Shown here piece after piece: positions 26,835-35,456 of a stretch of DNA of 38,991 bases. Source of the stretch: a bacterium (GTDB taxonomy: Bacteria > Sysuimicrobiota > Sysuimicrobiia > Sysuimicrobiales > Kaftiobacteriaceae). The stretch's first letter is position 1. Each line of letters starts with the position of its first letter. A program made the translations under genes and the position numbers. Below the pieces are notes generated by a model that worked only from the letters and a program-made list of their open reading frames with translations, had not been told where the DNA came from and did not search any database. The stretch is taken from positions 1-38,991 of the forward strand of contig DASSGA010000073.1 of the NCBI GenBank assembly GCA_035693805.1. Direction: 5' to 3'.

Positions 26835-27038
26835 GAGGTGGCCCTCCCTTCGAGCGCCTGGTAGAGCGCCTGGCTGAATCACGTGCCTTCCTGGCCGCGG
26901 GAGATGGATTCGCTGCCACGCCGGGCGGACCCCTCCTTTTCCCCACACGCCGGGGGCCGAATCGCCTGGAGGCGTTCGTTTGACCAGAGAGCGATGCGGG
27001 AAAAGACTCGCCGAGAACTGGCTGAAAGGAGGACGCGG

Positions 27039-27329
27039 ATGATGAGGAAAGGCGCAGCGTGGTTCTTCTTCGGGCTGCTGCTCGTGCTGTTCGCCGCCCA
27101 GGGGGTTGTTCTGGCGCAGGCGGAGCCTCCCGCACCCGGCGTGCCCGGGCCGCCGGGACCGCCGGGGCCGCCCGGACCGCCGGGATTGCCCGGTCCTGAG
27201 GGATCCACGATCTTCGGCATGGACCAGACCACGGCAGTCATTGTTGGTGTTGTTCTGGTCCTCGTCGTGATCCTGGCGATCGTTGCCGTGTCACGCGGAG
27301 GGTCCAGCACTGAGGCACGTGCCGACTAG
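27039..27329 (+). CDS. small membrane-anchored collagen-like (Gly-X-Y) protein
   Basis: ATG 27039 after AAAGGAGGA. Signal peptide ..VLAQA|EPP. Eight consecutive G-X-Y triplets, GVP(GPP)4GLPGPEGST, at 27138-27209. C-terminal TM AVIVGVVLVLVVILAIVAV. Confidence 0.6.
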   Translation: MMRKGAAWFFFGLLLVLFAAQGVVLAQAEPPAPGVPGPPGPPGPPGPPGLPGPEGSTIFGMDQTTAVIVGVVLVLVVILAIVAVSRGGSSTEARAD

Positions 27330-27347
27330 GGTTGATGGCTCATCGCG

Positions 27348-27385
27348 GATGAGGGCCGGGACGTGCCCGGCCCTCATCATTTCAT
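27348..27385 (+). terminator. intrinsic terminator after the collagen-like gene
   Basis: 13-bp perfect stem GATGAGGGCCGGG-ACGTG-CCCGGCCCTCATC, followed by ATTTCAT. Confidence 0.65.
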
Positions 27386-27453
27386 CTCAGGAGGGAAGCA
27401 TAGGCCCGCGGCGTTCGCCCCGGCGCGGTATCGCAAGCGCGGTAATGCAGCTG

Positions 27454-27462
27454 TGCTATAGT
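27454..27462 (+). promoter_or_regulatory. candidate extended -10 promoter (TGCTATAGT) for comEA
   Basis: TGCTATAGT lies 32 nt upstream of the comEA GTG 27495. GGAGGG-rich SD region in between. Confidence 0.35.
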
Positions 27463-27494
27463 GGAGGGCGTCGGCGGAGGGCGGAGGCTTCGGC

Positions 27495-28022
27495 GTGCGG
27501 TGGACGCGCCCCGAGCAGCTGCTCGTTCTCCTTACGGCCACCGCAGTGATCACTGGGGCGGCCGCCCTCGTCACCGCCCGGCGCCCCACGCCCTCCATCC
27601 GCGTCTTCGAGTCGCCCCCATTCACAGAGCTCATCGTTCAGGTTGACGGCGCCGTGGCGCGCCCGGGCCTGTATCGTCTCGTGCCAGGGGCTCGCGCGGC
27701 CGACGCCATTGTCGCAGCGGGCGGTGTCACGCCCGCCGCGGATCTGGGTCTTCTGAATCAAGCGAGGCTCCTTCGTGACGGTGAACGCCTCACCATTCCC
27801 CGACGCGCCGCCCCACAGCCGGCTCAGCCGGCCGTCGACCTCAACGCCGCCGATACGTCGGCGTTGGAACAGGTCCCCGGGATCGGACCCGTACTGGCCC
27901 GCCGCATCGTCGCCCACCGCGATCGCCACGGTCCTTTCTACCGGCTCGAGGATCTACTGGCGGTTGAAGGGATCGGCCCCCGGCTGCTCGCCCGATTGCG
28001 CGAACACGTTGTGATACGATGA
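27495..28022 (+). CDS. comEA: competence protein ComEA (SLBB + helix-hairpin-helix DNA receptor)
   Basis: TM anchor, SLBB-like V.V.GAV..PG.Y.L..G.R..DAI..AGG, and C-terminal HhH pair DLNAADTSALEQVPGIGPVLARRIVAHR...LEDLLAVEGIGPRLLARL. Confidence 0.85.
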   Translation: MRWTRPEQLLVLLTATAVITGAAALVTARRPTPSIRVFESPPFTELIVQVDGAVARPGLYRLVPGARAADAIVAAGGVTPAADLGLLNQARLLRDGERLTIPRRAAPQPAQPAVDLNAADTSALEQVPGIGPVLARRIVAHRDRHGPFYRLEDLLAVEGIGPRLLARLREHVVIR

Positions 28023-28038
28023 AACGGTGCCCATTGCC

Positions 28039-28065
28039 GGAACTTCGGCGCCCGTCACGCGCGTA
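28039..28065 (+). promoter_or_regulatory. possible ECF-type autoregulated promoter (GGAAC-N18-CGTA)
   Basis: GGAAC 28039-28043 and CGTA 28062-28065 upstream of the ECF sigma gene. Spacing is at the long end of what I recall for ECF promoters. Confidence 0.3.
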
Positions 28066-28080
28066 CCCTAGAGTGTAAGC

Positions 28081-28686
28081 GTGCGGGTGCTGGCTGGAGC
28101 GTCCGTGGTCCCATCCAACCCGCCCCACGAGATCGAGGCGTTCGAAGCGCTGCTGGAACGGTACGGCCGCCGGATCTACCAACTGGCGTACCGTATGGCC
28201 GGCAACGACGCCGACGCCAAGGATCTGACCCAGGAGGCATTCATCCGTGTCTACCGGGCGTTCGCGCGGATCGATCCGCAGGCGAACCTCGAGAGCTGGC
28301 TGTACCGCATCGTCACCAACCTCTACATCGACATGCTCCGGCGGCGGCCCAAGGCGCGGATCGAGTCGCTGGACGCACCGCTGGTTACGGCGAAGGGCGA
28401 CGCGGTCGCGCGTGAGGTGCCGGATGTGAGCGCCGACCCCGAAGGGACCGTGCTGAACGCCCAGCTCGACGCGGACATCCAGCGGGCGCTGGGGGCGCTC
28501 AGCGTGGACCTGCGAATGGTGGTGGTATTGAGCGACGTCGAGGGGCAGTCCTACGAGGAGATCAGCGAAGCGCTGCGCATCCCTGTGGGGACCGTGAAAT
28601 CACGGCTGCACCGGGCGCGCCGGCTGCTGCAGACCCGGTTGCGGCACTTGATGCCGCGGGGTGAGAAAGGAAGGGTCGACGGATGA
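28081..28686 (+). CDS. ECF (group 4) sigma-70 factor
   Basis: Region 2 DAKDLTQEAFIRVYRAF..WLYRIVTNLYIDMLRRR and region 4 SYEEISEALRIPVGTVKSRLHRAR. In-frame GTG 28105, preceded by GGAG, is an alternative start. Confidence 0.88.
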   Translation: MRVLAGASVVPSNPPHEIEAFEALLERYGRRIYQLAYRMAGNDADAKDLTQEAFIRVYRAFARIDPQANLESWLYRIVTNLYIDMLRRRPKARIESLDAPLVTAKGDAVAREVPDVSADPEGTVLNAQLDADIQRALGALSVDLRMVVVLSDVEGQSYEEISEALRIPVGTVKSRLHRARRLLQTRLRHLMPRGEKGRVDG

Positions 28687-29189
28687 TTCACGCCCGTATC
28701 GTGCGCCAACTCTCCGCCTACCTGGACGGGGAACTGGATCCATCGGTATCGCGCGCGGTTGCGGCGCATCTGGCGGAGTGCGATGCCTGCCGACATGAAC
28801 TGGCGGCGCTGCGCCAGGTGAAAGGGCTGCTGGAGCGTCTCCCGGAGGTGGAGCCTCCTCAAGCCGTCTGGCACGGTCTGCGGGCTCGCCTGGCCGCGGA
28901 GGATCGGCCCGCCGTGACGATCCTGGACACGGTGCGCGCCGCGTTCCGGCGTCCCGCCGTTGCCGCCGCGGCGGCGATGGTGGTCCTCCTGCTGGTCGCG
29001 ATCCCGCTGGTGAAGGGGCGCATCGACCGGCTGCAGGCTGCGGACATCGGCGTTGATCTCTACGTCCGCGAGCACGCCTTGCAGTCCGCGGCGGATCCCT
29101 TCGTCGACCGTGCGTACCTCGGTCTTCTGATCGGCGACGCGAACCTGGCTCTTGCCGGGGCCCGGCGCGCGCCCGGGGAGGAACCATGA
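28683..29189 (+). CDS. zf-HC2 transmembrane anti-sigma factor
   Basis: ATGA overlap with the ECF sigma gene. N-terminal YLDGELD...HLAECDACRHE (HxxxCxxC). Single TM AVAAAAAMVVLLLVAIPLV. Confidence 0.8.
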   Translation: MIHARIVRQLSAYLDGELDPSVSRAVAAHLAECDACRHELAALRQVKGLLERLPEVEPPQAVWHGLRARLAAEDRPAVTILDTVRAAFRRPAVAAAAAMVVLLLVAIPLVKGRIDRLQAADIGVDLYVREHALQSAADPFVDRAYLGLLIGDANLALAGARRAPGEEP

Positions 29190-30262
29190 TCGCAGTCGCC
29201 GAGGCGCGCGAGCGCCGAGGCCCGTCTTTCGTGGTTCGGGCCGCGGTTGCTTGTGCTCTTACGGTCGCCGCTGCCGCTCCCGGCGCGGTCGTGTCCGCGC
29301 AGAGCCCGAAGCCGCTGCCTTCCGCCGCGGACATCCTTCGCACGATGTTCGCCGCCCCGGCCCTGATCGACTACGAGGGCACCAAGGTCATCTCCACCGT
29401 GCGGGGGGCTGGCGCCGAGACGGTGACGATCCTCGAAGCCTACAAGCGCCTGGGCCGCCTCCGGCTGGAGTTCCTGTCCCCGGAGTCGGTCAGCGGCCGG
29501 CTCATCGTGGACGACGGACTCAGCGCGTGGCAATACGAGCCCTCGCTACACCTGGTCATCCGCGGCCCCTCCTTCGTGCAGGGCACGGCGCATCCGGAGC
29601 GCGCCGCCGAGGTCTTGCGCCGCTATCGCGTATCCGTCCTGGGACGAGAAGCCGTCATCGGCCGCGACACCGTCGTCGTCGCGCTCGACCCCGGCGACGC
29701 CGGGAGCAACCGGCGCCTGTGGATCGACGAGGCGACCGGGGTGGCGCTCCGCACCGAGGAGCGTGATGCCGGCGGCGAGATCGTCTACGTCAGCTACTTC
29801 AGCCGCGTCAGCTACAGCCTGAACCTGCCCCCGGCCCTGTTCCGGTTCCGGCAGCCGGCAGGGGCGAAGGTGCTCAACTTCTACGTGTCGGGCGACGCGG
29901 TGACGTCCGTCAACGCCCTGCAGGCGCGGGCAGGCCAGGACATCATCCTGCCTGCGCGGCTTGTGAGTCGCTTCGCCTTCCGCGACGGACGCGTGGCGCG
30001 CCACGGCGCCTTCACCGCCGCTGCGGCGGTCTACACGGACGGCGTCAGCGTCGTCACCGTCTTCCAGACGCCGACCTCCCGGATGGCGTTCCCGAACGTC
30101 GGCGAGCCGGTGGCCACCCGCACGGGCGGCGCCCGCTTCCTCGACGTAGGCTACTTCCGCGTCCTGGTCTGGCAGTCGCGCGGGATGAACTATGCCGTGC
30201 TTGGCAACGTGCCGCAGGCGGTGCTCATCGCGATCGCCGATGAGTTGGCCGCATCCCGGTAG
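29186..30262 (+). CDS. MucB/RseB- or LolA-like extracytoplasmic regulatory protein
   Basis: ATGA overlap with the anti-sigma gene. Signal peptide. N-domain pattern (ILR.M......DYEGT.V......G...T....Y.....LRLEFL.PE...G...V.DG...W.Y.P) resembles RseB/LolA-fold proteins. Family call is from context and memory. Confidence 0.55.
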   Translation: MIAVAEARERRGPSFVVRAAVACALTVAAAAPGAVVSAQSPKPLPSAADILRTMFAAPALIDYEGTKVISTVRGAGAETVTILEAYKRLGRLRLEFLSPESVSGRLIVDDGLSAWQYEPSLHLVIRGPSFVQGTAHPERAAEVLRRYRVSVLGREAVIGRDTVVVALDPGDAGSNRRLWIDEATGVALRTEERDAGGEIVYVSYFSRVSYSLNLPPALFRFRQPAGAKVLNFYVSGDAVTSVNALQARAGQDIILPARLVSRFAFRDGRVARHGAFTAAAAVYTDGVSVVTVFQTPTSRMAFPNVGEPVATRTGGARFLDVGYFRVLVWQSRGMNYAVLGNVPQAVLIAIADELAASR

Positions 30263-30316
30263 GGCTCGCCGGCGAGGCAGGGTTCTCCTCCCCCGGACAG
30301 AAAATCTAAGCCTGCC

Positions 30317-30613
30317 ATGCGCCTCCGCGAGTTCCAGGAAATCATCCAGGCCACCTATGGCGAGCGTGACCGCTCGCGCGGGCGGGACGGCACGTTCCGT
30401 TGGCTGGCCGAGGAGGTCGGTGAGTTGGCCCGCGCCGTGCGCACGGGCGACGCCCACTCGCTGGACATGGAGTTTTCGGACGTCTTGGCCTGGACGGTGA
30501 GCCTCGCCTCGCTGTGCGGCGTCGACGCCGAGAGCGCCGCTTCCCGCTACGCCCTCGGGTGCCCGAAGTGCCACGCCATCCCGTGCGTCTGCCCCGGCGA
30601 GCCGCGGGGCTGA
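30317..30613 (+). CDS. MazG-like nucleotide pyrophosphohydrolase-domain protein with Cys-rich tail
   Basis: 98 aa. F.WL.EEVGELA.A.R.......EF.DVLAW..SLA (EExxE..D metal motif) and C-terminal GCPKCHAIPCVC. Confidence 0.7.
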   Translation: MRLREFQEIIQATYGERDRSRGRDGTFRWLAEEVGELARAVRTGDAHSLDMEFSDVLAWTVSLASLCGVDAESAASRYALGCPKCHAIPCVCPGEPRG

Positions 30614-30639
30614 TCGCCGCCGTCGCGCTGCTTGCGCCG

Positions 30640-31593
30640 ATGAGCGACGCCGTGCACCGCGAGGCCACCGTCGTCGACCTCCACAGCGATACCATCCTCG
30701 AGATCGCCTCCGGCAAACGGGACATCACGGCGCGCAGCACCGCCGGGCACGTCGACCTGCCCCGGCTGCGCGAGGGCGGGGTGGACGTCCAGGTCTTCGC
30801 CCTCTTCGTCGATCCGCGGTTCGCCGGCCAGGGGTACGCCCGGGTCACCGCGCTGCTGGACGCGTTCGACCGCCTCGACGCGCAGCAGGGTGCCCTGGTC
30901 CGCGTCACGTCGGTCGCGGAGATCGAGGAGGCGGTGCGCGCGGGGCGGATCGCGGTCGTGCTCGCCGTGGAGAACGGCACGGCGATCGACGGCAGGCTCG
31001 AGCACCTCGGCCAACTCCACGCCCGCGGCGTGCGGATGATGAGCCTCACCTGGAACAACAGCAATGACCTGGCCGATGGGGCCTCGGAAGAGGTCGCCGG
31101 CGGGCTCACGCCGCTCGGGCGGCGCGTGCTCGCGCGCATGCAGGAGCTCCGCCTCGTGATCGACGTCTCCCATCTTTCCGAGCGCAGTTTCTGGGACGTG
31201 CTCGCCGCGACCACCGGGCCGCTCGTCGCCACGCATTCCAACGCGGCCGGCCTCACCCCGCACCGGCGCAATCTCTCCGACGACCAGCTGCGGGCCATCG
31301 TCCGGCGCGGCGGGATCGTCGGCGTGAACTTCTACCCCACGTTCACCGGCGGCGCCACGCTGGCGCACGTCCTCGACCACATCGACTACCTCGTCCGCGT
31401 CATGGGCGCAGATCACGTTGCGCTCGGGTCGGATTTCGACGGCTTCAGCCAGACGGTGAAGGACCTCGAGGATGTGTCGCACCTGCCGAACCTCACCGCG
31501 GGGTTGGTCGCCCGGGGCTACACGCCGGCGGCCATCAGGAAGATCCTGGGTGGGAACGCGCTGCGGGTGTTCAGGCAGGTCTGGGGCCGGTGA
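30640..31593 (+). CDS. membrane dipeptidase (peptidase family M19)
   Basis: VVDLHSDT, GGVDVQVFA, AVENG, MSLTWNNSN, IDVSHLS, ATHSNA, LGSDFDG. In-frame GTGs at 30568/30583 would add an RR-containing signal-like peptide (VRLPRRAAGLIAAVALLAP) overlapping the MazG-like gene. Confidence 0.85.
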   Translation: MSDAVHREATVVDLHSDTILEIASGKRDITARSTAGHVDLPRLREGGVDVQVFALFVDPRFAGQGYARVTALLDAFDRLDAQQGALVRVTSVAEIEEAVRAGRIAVVLAVENGTAIDGRLEHLGQLHARGVRMMSLTWNNSNDLADGASEEVAGGLTPLGRRVLARMQELRLVIDVSHLSERSFWDVLAATTGPLVATHSNAAGLTPHRRNLSDDQLRAIVRRGGIVGVNFYPTFTGGATLAHVLDHIDYLVRVMGADHVALGSDFDGFSQTVKDLEDVSHLPNLTAGLVARGYTPAAIRKILGGNALRVFRQVWGR

Positions 31594-32422
31594 GGGCGAG
31601 GATCGCCTCACGGGCGATCGCTGCCGCCAGAACGGCCGTCCGGCCCGACGGATCGTAGGGCGGGGAGACCTCGACCAGGTCCACCCCCACGACGCGAAGG
31701 TCGCCCAGCCGGCGCACGAAGGCCAGCACGTCGCCCGTCCCGAGGCCCTCCGGCTCGGGGTTGCCCGTCCCAGGCGCCTCGGATGGATCGACCGCATCGA
31801 TGTCGATCGTCACGTAGACGGCGCGGCCCTGGAGCCACGTCCAGACACCGGACGGGATGGCCAGCGATCGGGCGCTGTGGCGCATCGTGCCCGCCAGCGC
31901 GAACTCCTCCCGGGTCCCGGCGCGGATCCCGGCACTGACCACGGCCCCCGCGCCGATGACCTCCACGATGCGCTTCATGACCGTGGCATGTGAGATCGAT
32001 CGGCCCTCGTACTCCTCCCGGAGATCGGTGTGGGCGTCCAGCTGGATGACCGCGAGGTCACGGTGCGCGGGCGCCAGGCCTCGCACGGCGCCCAGCGTAA
32101 GGGTGTGCTCCCCCCCGATGAGGAACGGCACCGCCATGTCCGCAGCCGGCGTCCCGGCGACGGCGGCGATCCGTGCGGCCACGGCGTCCACGGCGGCCTC
32201 GGGCGGAAGATGCTCCAGGTCGAGGTCGCCCGCATCGGTAAGCGCCGCATCCTCGAGGTCGCGCCGGAGCACGGGGCTGTACGTCTCGATGCTCTGCGAC
32301 GCCCAGCGGATCGCCCCCGGCGCGTGGCGGCTCCCCGGGCGGAAGCTCGCCGTGCCGTCGTAGGGGGCGCCGATGAGGATGACCTGCGGGTGCACGTGCG
32401 TGCCCGCGCCGAGGAACGTCAC
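31571..32422 (-). CDS. speB: agmatinase / ureohydrolase-family enzyme
   Basis: GAPYDGT.SFRPG.R..P..IR, GGEHT, QLDAHTDL, and TIDIDAVDPSEAPGTGNPEPEG Mn-binding motifs. GTGA overlap with the speE stop. Confidence 0.85.
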   Translation of the reverse strand: MTFLGAGTHVHPQVILIGAPYDGTASFRPGSRHAPGAIRWASQSIETYSPVLRRDLEDAALTDAGDLDLEHLPPEAAVDAVAARIAAVAGTPAADMAVPFLIGGEHTLTLGAVRGLAPAHRDLAVIQLDAHTDLREEYEGRSISHATVMKRIVEVIGAGAVVSAGIRAGTREEFALAGTMRHSARSLAIPSGVWTWLQGRAVYVTIDIDAVDPSEAPGTGNPEPEGLGTGDVLAFVRRLGDLRVVGVDLVEVSPPYDPSGRTAVLAAAIAREAILALTGPRPA

Positions 32423-33225
32423 GGAAGCGGCGGTAGGCGCAGCGCAGCCTGGTGGACCGCAGGCGAATAGTAGCGGAGCCCAGGGATCGCAAGCTGCCTG
32501 GGGCGGTCCGGGTCGCCCTGTGCGGCGGCAAGGGTGAAGCTCCACAGTGTGCCCGGGTAGGCGGGGATCGCCGCCCAGTACGGCGCGACGACCGGGAAGA
32601 CCGCACGGAGATGGCGGGCCACGAGGTCCATGAGGTCGCGTTGGTAGAGAAGGGATCCGCTCTGAACCGAGATCACGCCCGACGGCGTGAGGATCCGACG
32701 GCAGCCCCGATAGAACTCCTCGGAGAACAGCGCCACCCCCGGTCCCTTCGGATCGGTCGAGTCCACGAGGATCACGTCGAACTGCTCGTCGGTCCCCCGG
32801 ACGAAGGCGATGCCGTCGTCGATGAGGAGCCGGCCGCGTGGATCGTCGAAGGCGCGCCCCGCAATGGAGGGCAGGAACGCCCGGCTGACCTCGACCACCT
32901 CACGGTCGATCTCCACCATCGTCGTCGCGGCCACGGGATGCTTGAGCACTTCGTCCAGGGTGCCGCCGTCGCCGCCGCCGATGATGAGAACCCGCCGCGG
33001 AGCGGGGTGGACCGCCATCGGGAGGTGGACGAGCATCTCATGGTAAACGTGCTCATCCCGTTCCGTGGTCTGCACCGCGTCGTCGAGCACGAGCATCCGG
33101 CCGAAGACGGGCGAAGTCGCGACCTGGACGCGCTGGAAGGCGGAACGGTGATCGTAGAGGATGTCGCCGACCTGCAGGGCCTGCCCGTACCCCCCACCCA
33201 CCACATCCACGATCCACTGCGTCAC
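32419..33225 (-). CDS. speE: spermidine synthase-family aminopropyltransferase
   Basis: S.FQ.V.V......G..LVLD...Q....DE..YHEML.H, IIGGGDGG, VDSTDP. GTGA overlap with the pdaD stop. The track ORF extends much further upstream (artefact). Confidence 0.88.
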   Translation of the reverse strand: MTQWIVDVVGGGYGQALQVGDILYDHRSAFQRVQVATSPVFGRMLVLDDAVQTTERDEHVYHEMLVHLPMAVHPAPRRVLIIGGGDGGTLDEVLKHPVAATTMVEIDREVVEVSRAFLPSIAGRAFDDPRGRLLIDDGIAFVRGTDEQFDVILVDSTDPKGPGVALFSEEFYRGCRRILTPSGVISVQSGSLLYQRDLMDLVARHLRAVFPVVAPYWAAIPAYPGTLWSFTLAAAQGDPDRPRQLAIPGLRYYSPAVHQAALRLPPLP

Positions 33226-33695
33226 GGGGCAGAGGCCTCCGGCCAGAAGACCACAGCGGCGACGGCGCAGCCGATGCGCTCGACCATGTGCTCCTTCACG
33301 GCCACGCGGATCTCTGCCACGGGCAGGTCCCGCAGGGCCATCGCTTCCTCGACCATACCCCGCACGATCGCTTCGGCGTTCTCGGCGGTGCCGCGGTGGC
33401 TGAACTCCATGATCACGCCGTAGTCGGCGCGGGAGACCCCCACGCCGACCGCGGCCGCGATCCGCTCCCCCGGAGTGTGGCCGGCGATGCGCGCGTACAC
33501 CGCTGGAGTGAGGATGCCCGGGGTGAACGGCGGCACCCTGATGAACGCCGTCCCGCGCGGGAGGATGCTGGTGACGCGGAGGAAGTTCAGGTTCGCGATC
33601 CCGGCGTCGAGCAGCGCTCGGTCGAACGCGGTGAGTTCGGTGCGGCCTTCGCCGCTGCCCGCCACCACCGAGGCCGCCCTCGGAAACTGCCACAT
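33222..33695 (-). CDS. pdaD: pyruvoyl-dependent arginine decarboxylase
   Basis: ATG 33695 within track ORF 33222..34355. AGSGEG.TELTAFDRALLDAGIANLNFLRVTSILP.. and VGVG......YGVIMEF match the PdaD family as I recall it. Confidence 0.8.
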   Translation of the reverse strand: MWQFPRAASVVAGSGEGRTELTAFDRALLDAGIANLNFLRVTSILPRGTAFIRVPPFTPGILTPAVYARIAGHTPGERIAAAVGVGVSRADYGVIMEFSHRGTAENAEAIVRGMVEEAMALRDLPVAEIRVAVKEHMVERIGCAVAAVVFWPEASAP

Positions 33696-33776
33696 GCACT
33701 GTTGTATTCCGAGCACGCGCCACACGGTCCTCCCCCTCGTACTACACCTCGACATCGCGGGGTAATGCGCTAGTAT

Positions 33777-35456
33777 ATGGTCGTGCGTGGCGCCGTGATC
33801 CCTGTCATCTCGCTGCTGCTGGCCTCGATGCTGCTGACGGTGCCACCGCACCCGGCCGCGGGGGCGCCGGTCGTCGCGCTCCCCGTGCTCACCGGCTTCG
33901 TGGCTGGAAGCGGCGCCGACTTCCCGGCGATGCGCCGCAGCGGCGCTCGCGCGGTAAAGTTGGTGGCCGACTGGTCGGCCATCGAACCCGATCGGGGAAC
34001 CTTCCACTGGCAGGAACTCGATGCCGCCGTCAGCGCCGCCGCACGGGCCGGTCTCGCCGTGACGTTGGTGCTCGCTTACACCCCCAAATGGGCATCGCTC
34101 GCCACCGGCGTCGAGCTGCGCGAGCCCGCGATCTGGTCGCGCCAGCCTCCCAAGCGGCCGGCGGACTGGGAGCACTTCGTTGAGGCCATCGCGGGCCGGT
34201 ACAAAGGGCGCGTGCGGGACTGGCAGGTCTGGACCGTCCTCAGCCTGCCCATCTGGCGGGGCACGGCGCGCGAGTACTTCGCGCTGGTGACCGCGGCGAA
34301 GGCCGCAACGAAGGCAGCGGACCCCGGCAGCCGCGTCATCCTGGCCACGCCCCACGGTGCGGACCTCATCTCAGTCCGCCGGGCGCTCCTGGAGATCCCG
34401 GATGCGTTCGATGCCATCTCCCTGAACCCACGCGGTCTCGCTCCCGAAGCGCTACTGCGGCCGCTCGGCACCCTGCGTGAGCGCGTGCTGGCGCGGAGCC
34501 CGAAGCCCCTCCGCATCGAGTGGGATCCGCGCGCCTCCGGGGAACGACCGTCCTGGTCGGCGCAGATCATCAAGGTCCTGGCGATCGCCGCCGCTTTCAA
34601 TGTGGAGCGCGTCGACCTGGCCGTGGATCCCGCCATCGCCTCCGGTGCCCTCGAGACGGTGTCCTCCGCCGTGGGCGGGCAGCCCTTCGCGGGCTACCTG
34701 CAGCAGGGCCGAGCCCTGGCGTTCGTGTTCGGGGAGGGCGCGCCCAGCGCGATCGCCTGGAGCGGGGCGGGAGAGACGCTGCTGGCGTTGGAGGGAGAGG
34801 GACTGACCGCGATCACCCCTGCCGGGGACACCCGCGCCGTCACCGCCGAGGGCGGCAGAAGCACCGTGACGGTCGGGACGCAGCCCGTGCTCATCAAGGG
34901 GCTGGCGGCGTCGGCCGCCTCCGCGGCCCGCGATGCGATGGCGGCGGACGCCTCACCGGCGTTCGCCGGGACGAGGGAGTTCAGCCGGGTTACCGAGGTG
35001 AGCGCGAGACTGGGCAAGGCGAACGTGGAAGAGGGGCTGTACAACATGCTCTTCCGCGAGCGCCGCAACGGCGCGGTCCGGGCCGTGCAGGTCGACGGAT
35101 CCGAGGCGGTGCGCACGGACGTCGGGAAGGACGTCGTCTACGTGTACTTCGACGTCGACGACAGTTTCATGTACTACGTCGATGGGCGCTACGCCGTGGA
35201 GGTCAGCGTCGAGGTGTACGGCGCGTCCACCCCGGACCAGCTGGGCTTCAACCTCTTCTACGACTCGATGACCGACCTGCGCTTCACGCGCTGGCAGGTC
35301 GTAGAGGCCAAAGATGGCTGGGTGACGCAGTCCATCCGGCTGCTGGACGCGGCCTTCGCCAACACCTGGGGCTGGGACTTCGCGATCAACGCCGCCGGGA
35401 ACCGCAGCGAGGACCTCACCGTCCGGTCGGTCACCGTCCGCAAGATCACCCGCTAG
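33777..35456 (+). CDS. secreted clan GH-A-like (TIM-barrel glycoside hydrolase-like) protein with C-terminal beta-rich domain
   Basis: Signal peptide. W..IEPDRGTFHW.ELD..V..A...GL.V.LVLAYTPKWA and W..FV.AIA.RYKGRVRDWQVW resemble GH5/39/42-type barrels. The expected NEP acid/base motif after WQVW reads TVLS. Confidence 0.55.
   Translation: MVVRGAVIPVISLLLASMLLTVPPHPAAGAPVVALPVLTGFVAGSGADFPAMRRSGARAVKLVADWSAIEPDRGTFHWQELDAAVSAAARAGLAVTLVLAYTPKWASLATGVELREPAIWSRQPPKRPADWEHFVEAIAGRYKGRVRDWQVWTVLSLPIWRGTAREYFALVTAAKAATKAADPGSRVILATPHGADLISVRRALLEIPDAFDAISLNPRGLAPEALLRPLGTLRERVLARSPKPLRIEWDPRASGERPSWSAQIIKVLAIAAAFNVERVDLAVDPAIASGALETVSSAVGGQPFAGYLQQGRALAFVFGEGAPSAIAWSGAGETLLALEGEGLTAITPAGDTRAVTAEGGRSTVTVGTQPVLIKGLAASAASAARDAMAADASPAFAGTREFSRVTEVSARLGKANVEEGLYNMLFRERRNGAVRAVQVDGSEAVRTDVGKDVVYVYFDVDDSFMYYVDGRYAVEVSVEVYGASTPDQLGFNLFYDSMTDLRFTRWQVVEAKDGWVTQSIRLLDAAFANTWGWDFAINAAGNRSEDLTVRSVTVRKITR

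Noticed and set aside
27138-27209. CCG/GGN-rich nucleotide periodicity considered as a tandem repeat or CRISPR-like array
   Set aside because: The periodicity is 9 nt or less and degenerate at the DNA level. It is fully explained by in-frame Gly-Pro-Pro codons of the collagen-like ORF. There are no spacers and no cas genes.
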